From positions 14,510,001 through 14,574,000 of the forward strand of contig NC_087263.1 of assembly GCF_037042905.1 (NCBI RefSeq): a stretch of 64,000 nucleotides of DNA, read 5' to 3'. The notes beneath the pieces are model-generated. The model saw only the letters and a list, made by a program, of their open reading frames with translations, was not told where the DNA came from and did no database searches. Origin of the DNA: Lytechinus pictus (lineage: Eukaryota). This document shows positions 62,501-64,000 of the stretch, in pieces. A program made the translations under genes and the position numbers. Positions within the stretch are counted from its first letter, which is position 1; each line of letters opens with the position of its first letter.

Positions 62501-63525
62501 AGTGACGTCACCTAACTTCAAGGAACAAAAGTTCTAAGAAGTACGACTCATACTACCAGCCCCAGTCACTTCGTAGAGCATCACCACATCCCTTATACCA
62601 GAAAAAGTTTGATAATCAGTTACATGTAGACCAATCAGATCAAGTTTAGGTCACTCCCACCTTAAATTGTTACACCCCCAATACAAATGATATAAATAAG
62701 AATTCTTGATTATAAGATGGACACATACAGAGTAGGGGCTCAGACACTCACATATTAGATTAGACACAGATGGACTATAGACCCAGAGACGAACATAGAC
62801 TTTAAAGTTTAGACATCAAATATCACGTTTGGAATATCTTACTGTGTAATGTTCTAAATAATTGTACGAATACCATGTTCAAATCTGTGACTATGCTGTC
62901 ATCCTGATTAGAATAAGAATGAATTTAATATCTAGTCGTAATGACGTCATAGCGATCATACATGTAGAATTGGCTACGATTTGAACTACATGTAATTTGG
63001 ACTTTACTGCAAAATAAAGGCTTGAATCATCCAAAATTGTGAGGTCTAGTGGTTCAGACTCTTTACGATCAATCAGAAGGTTGTGGGTTCCAATCCCAGT
63101 ATTGGCTTTATTCCTTCAGCAAGAAATTCATCCACACTGTGCTTTACTCAACTTAGTGGGTTGTATAAAGGCTTGCTGGACTAAAATAAGATTCAGATTC
63201 AGAAGGACTTATCGGTCCATTAATAGCATTGTTTCTTGGTATTGTATACAAAATGACATAGCTGTACAAAGGAAATTTGTGTAGCAGTCATAAATAAGTG
63301 TGAAGCAAATTGCACTGCAGTACCAGGAAATTATTCCCTTATAAACTGATATTAAGCAGGATAAGTGTAAAAAAACCCAGGAAACATACGTGTCTGCCGA
63401 GTGATTGTGGATGGTTCCCCATATGTTGCAAGGATGCGACTTGAAACAGTAACCAGATAGTAGGTGAGGGTATTTAAACCAGGGAGATTGACCGACGTGA
63501 CACCATCCAAGGAATGAGGTGAACT
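25813..63525 (-). CDS. Receptor-type protein tyrosine phosphatase, R3 subtype (FN3 array, TM, single PTP domain), 5'-partial, 28 coding exons in window
   Basis: Exons join in frame with consistent phases. Motifs KNRYRNILPFD, DYINANY, YIASQGP, FWEMV, KCEHYWP, WVDHDVP, VHCSAGIGRTG, QRFNMVQT, QYIF; YCNG membrane-proximal motif; only one PTP domain before the stop. Confidence 0.92.
26063..26420. mobile_element. Tc1/mariner-like MITE
   Basis: TA-CAGGGTGTTTCTAAAAAA ... TTTTTTAGAAACACCCAG-TA; ~70-bp inner inverted arms. Confidence 0.75.
26714..26761 (-). CDS. RPTP exon, end of the PTP domain
   Basis: cctcag|KQYIFIHHCINTLIQR|gtgagt. Confidence 0.88.
27059..27557. mobile_element. TTAA-flanked MITE family A, second copy (inverted relative to 1461)
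   Basis: Same TIRs and interior as 1461-1965. Confidence 0.88.
27910..28054 (-). CDS. RPTP exon, P-loop and Q-loop
   Basis: SAGIGRTGVFIALHRLVKEVENSKRNDYVDVCGTVARMREQRFNMVQTV; phase 2/0. Confidence 0.95.
28265..29530. repeat. Degenerate (ATG)n microsatellite interrupted by a MITE
   Basis: gat triplets on both sides of 28830-29438. Confidence 0.88.
28830..29438. mobile_element. TTAA-flanked MITE family D
   Basis: TTAA-AGGACAAGTCCACCC ... GGGTGGACTTGACCT-TTAA; shares aaaatttcatcaaaatcgg with family B. Confidence 0.85.
29878..30026 (-). CDS. RPTP exon, WPD-loop equivalent to catalytic Cys
   Basis: GQNQFETHQYAFRDWVDHDVPNNVHPMIEFIKTITVAHDRKRGPIVVHC; phase 0/2. Confidence 0.93.
30562..31084. mobile_element. 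MITE
   Basis: TIR agggtgtgttcaatgtca / tgacattgaacacaccct. Confidence 0.78.
31205..31330 (-). CDS. RPTP exon, PTP motif 7
   Basis: TKCEHYWPDELNAPVMYGGVTVTMTNSQEMANWTVRSFILEK; phase 0/0. Confidence 0.93.
31967..32255. mobile_element. MITE with 3-bp TSD (TCT)
   Basis: GGCCCGTA...TACGGGCC; the empty site is visible in the paralogous segment at about 32606. Confidence 0.75.
32697..32831 (-). CDS. RPTP exon, PTP motifs 4-6
   Basis: GLHSAKEYIASQGPVPDSINDFWEMVFENQSTTIAMITGLVEGGK; phase 0/0. Confidence 0.93.
33361..34323 (-). mobile_element. Helentron/HINE-like element, second copy
   Basis: Reverse complement of the 7801-9580 termini, (GCC)n microsatellite, about 4 core repeats. Confidence 0.78.
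34403..34479 (-). CDS. RPTP exon, PTP motifs 2-3
   Basis: FDETAVHLQDLEEGQTSDYINANYIQ; phase 1/0. Confidence 0.93.
35446..35536 (-). CDS. RPTP exon, PTP motif 1
   Basis: TLSNVGRDKSTEASRLPVNATKNRYRNILP; phase 0/1. Confidence 0.93.
36225..36306 (-). CDS. RPTP exon, wedge region before the PTP domain
   Basis: AVQIKNFSNHIDTMSRNMNAGFVEEYN; phase 2/0. Confidence 0.87.
36456..37253. mobile_element. piggyBac-like non-autonomous element
   Basis: TTAA-CCC...GGG-TTAA with subterminal poly-G/ggcc palindromes; fragments of the same family at 11296 and about 31450-31810. Confidence 0.75.
37620..37856 (-). CDS. RPTP juxtamembrane exon
   Basis: CGEPRNALYEQG...RENPYVSMRDDRPKAPLPQSLPPQVS; phase 2/2. Confidence 0.85.
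38200..41990. repeat. Complex satellite, ~60-70-bp monomers with higher-order structure
   Basis: gggattcatcactagtggcccaacc...ggaacc...cacacccacattt repeated dozens of times. Confidence 0.92.
42018..42111 (-). CDS. RPTP transmembrane exon
   Basis: FDIDWFVAAIVVIIIITLVLLLVMLLIARQ; phase 1/2. Confidence 0.9.
42598..42668 (-). CDS. RPTP exon, membrane-proximal module part 3
   Basis: RFAIRAYGSDGKFTDTTWSPAYNS; phase 2/1. Confidence 0.88.
43232..43433 (-). CDS. RPTP exon, membrane-proximal module part 2
   Basis: ...PYQATPLAYNPF...FTVGSNSSCTPDSVGYCNGQVVPLSDY; phase 1/2. Confidence 0.9.
44177..44323 (-). CDS. RPTP exon, membrane-proximal module part 1
   Basis: APPTPSLDNVVRLVSRSGKTMTVSFDSSFFSDVYGPVSRYAILVAESSR; resembles the R3 FSDxNGxxxxYxIIVAE motif. 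Confidence 0.9.
44868..45095 (-). mobile_element. SINE 3' portion
   Basis: Reverse complement ttgccactctcacccaggtgctaattgggtaccagtagg...agcgctatataaatg + (TAT)n. Confidence 0.6.
45570..46680 (-). mobile_element. Degraded LINE reverse transcriptase fragment (CR1/L2 group)
   Basis: Frameshifted pieces KATCPDEI..EIAPAL..GEIPEDWRRANIT..PSNYR, CRLFADDCIIY, WQMDF, AYKTLV. Confidence 0.85.
46711..46870 (-). CDS. RPTP exon, FN3 second half
   Basis: AGFSRTETYGVTVFSALIENLPTGCTYTFSIRARNGADDSDVVIAGPLDLPHT; phase 0/1. Confidence 0.9.
47754..47905 (-). CDS. RPTP exon, FN3 first half with RKRR
   Basis: SSEVRDPAVIIDSPNSVLLTWTPPASPNGLLTAYIVDITGEAIAVRKRRE; phase 1/0. Confidence 0.9.
47960..48528 (-). mobile_element. 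RTE-clade LINE 3' fragment
   Basis: ORF ...LKRKVFNQCVIPAMTYGSETW...KWRWAGHLAR..RWTKRITEWRP..RW; (TGA)n tail. Confidence 0.88.
48761..49105. repeat. Two-copy tandem duplication, ~172 bp
   Basis: atactgcaacattaccggttgtaacagtgcc...ggtcccatgac at 48761 and 48933. Confidence 0.9.
49244..49382 (-). CDS. RPTP exon, FN3 second half
   Basis: ATVSSSETTYTVENLRPYTKYVITVAAQFNGLDSDAIEVEQTTFQA; phase 0/1. Confidence 0.9.
49774..49910 (-). CDS. RPTP exon, FN3 first half
   Basis: SAPPQDLVQDEVTSDSITVSWGAPDNAVSMYHILVKDEAGADVDD; phase 1/0. Confidence 0.9.
50599..50779 (-). CDS. RPTP exon, FN3 second half
   Basis: VSFSSVSGIILTTETQERSFVLTNLTVATGYTITITTF...; phase 0/1. Confidence 0.87.
51883..51980 (-). CDS. 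RPTP exon, FN3 first half
   Basis: DPVQPQLLVISYVTTSELRMEWSLQNSDYTYFQ; phase 1/0. Confidence 0.87.
52820..52966 (-). CDS. RPTP exon, FN3 second half (GC donor)
   Basis: INSSREEWEVHDGLVSGREYQASMRSV...AFFLL; ends TTA G|gcgagt. Confidence 0.8.
53060..53730. repeat. (CAT)n microsatellite flanked by (CTT)n
   Basis: Near-pure cat/cac run 53179-53535. Confidence 0.95.
54286..54429 (-). CDS. RPTP exon, FN3 first half
   Basis: PLSPQNLIVTSVEVEAFTISWSLPPEVNYPIAYYLLDLNPDEPMFPL; phase 1/1. Confidence 0.88.
54588..55177. mobile_element. TTAA-flanked MITE family B, second copy
   Basis: Same TIRs and interior as 6318-6909, inverted. Confidence 0.88.
55786..56091 (-). CDS. RPTP exon, complete FN3
   Basis: PLPVTDAVVVERGPYSLSLDWS...SLAPGKEYIFMVEP; phase 1/1. 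Confidence 0.9.
56925..57224 (-). CDS. RPTP exon, complete FN3
   Basis: FTSTQFTVVWNIPTGDFNQFYVRY...GLVPGELYNVNVQT; phase 1/1 (aag acceptor). Confidence 0.88.
57480..57630 (-). mobile_element. Short L2-like LINE 3' remnant
   Basis: WGESAFIHAGPLLWNSLPQEIRDSKSVETLKIKLKTYLF. Confidence 0.6.
58266..58684. mobile_element. MITE, same family as 17185
   Basis: TIR aaggcgaccgcacactttacga / tcgtaaggtgtgcggtggcctt; a further fragment at about 62820-63035. Confidence 0.78.
59045..59317 (-). CDS. RPTP exon, complete FN3
   Basis: PSAIRNLVIAVVTTDSITITWESP...LTVTDLLPSTPYTFTVVA; phase 1/1. Confidence 0.92.
59788..60900. repeat. ~140-bp tandem array containing an exon 3' end plus splice donor, 8 copies
   Basis: cttacttgt(a/g)aattgttctctct at about 59851, 60000, 60137, 60276, 60414, 60554, 60694, 60833. 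Confidence 0.93.
60835..60992 (-). CDS. RPTP exon, FN3 second half
   Basis: YTVGGGSQAPQTVTVASQAQAEFTFTGLTPGTSYTFFVEPQGSQRREREQFT; phase 2/1. Confidence 0.88.
61816..61909 (-). CDS. RPTP exon, FN3 first half
   Basis: IGDPGDINIAPEDVETESIKITWVTVDTIT; phase 1/2. Confidence 0.85.
61977..62378. mobile_element. TTAA-flanked MITE family E
   Basis: TTAA-AGAGAAATGCCAGT ... ACTGGAATTTATCT-TTAA. Confidence 0.65.
63038..63165 (+). mobile_element. SINE head fragment
   Basis: gtctagtggt...gttgtgggttccaatccc...ttccttcagcaagaaattcatccac, as in the SINE at 18019. Confidence 0.6.
63390..63525 (-). CDS. RPTP exon, FN3 second half
   Basis: SSPHSLDGVTSVNLPGLNTLTYYLVTVSSRILATYGEPSTITRQT; cag|...|gtatg. Confidence 0.85.
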
Positions 63526-64000
63526 CTGAAACAAAACAAAGAGAAATCCAATATGTAATAATTAAAAAAACCAGAGTGATGAAAGTTTGAAAAATGTAGA
63601 CAAGGAATAAGATGGCAGACTTGTAAACCTTTCTGAGTGAAAAATATGATTTTGCTCAAAAATAGAAAAAATAAATAAATTTCTTATAGTAGAGCACAGT
63701 AAAACTGAATGTATCACAAGTAAAAAAAAAAAATATTTACAGAAGTGCTCTGATTGATAGAACTTAATGGATAAAGACGTCAAAGGTACCTGTTATCCAG
63801 CCATGTTATCTAATTTTGAAATCCCTCACTTGGACCTGCTAGAAAAGGCTCTACTATACCACATACTCAAAGATTGGATTGGATTATTATTTGCTTGGTG
63901 TCACCTTTGTTTAGGAGGTGAAAAGCGAACTGAATCAGTAAGACATGCAGGTCTCTCCTCCCAATATAACTGATTGGGAGGGGGGAGGGGGGGGGGTGCA

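Overview
AT-rich animal genomic DNA with spliced genes. The repeat landscape looks echinoderm (sea-urchin-like), but that is an inference. Two convergent genes enter from the window edges. (1) On the + strand are the last 6 coding exons (807-15963) of a MYLIP/IDOL-type FERM + C3HC4 RING E3 ligase. (2) On the - strand are 28 coding exons (63525 down to 25813, about 1345 aa in the window, splice phases checked by hand) of a receptor protein tyrosine phosphatase. It has at least 8 FN3 repeats, a YCNG membrane-proximal module, one TM helix and a single PTP domain, i.e. R3 subtype (PTPRB/J/Q, Ptp10D-like). Introns and UTRs are packed with MITEs (TTAA-flanked Kolobok/T2-like and piggyBac-like, Tc1/mariner-like, PIF-like), two Helentron/HINE-like elements, tRNA-derived SINEs, LINE fragments, microsatellites and satellites. 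Most interesting signals: (a) about 60 copies of the octamer TACATGTA, several demonstrably formed by TA->TA(CATGTA) insertion inside repeats, matching a Tc1/mariner excision footprint; (b) six independent tandem duplications that straddle splice sites, including an in-frame duplicated acceptor in MYLIP and an 8-copy donor array in the PTP gene; (c) a WVDHDVP variant of the WPD loop in an otherwise intact PTP domain.
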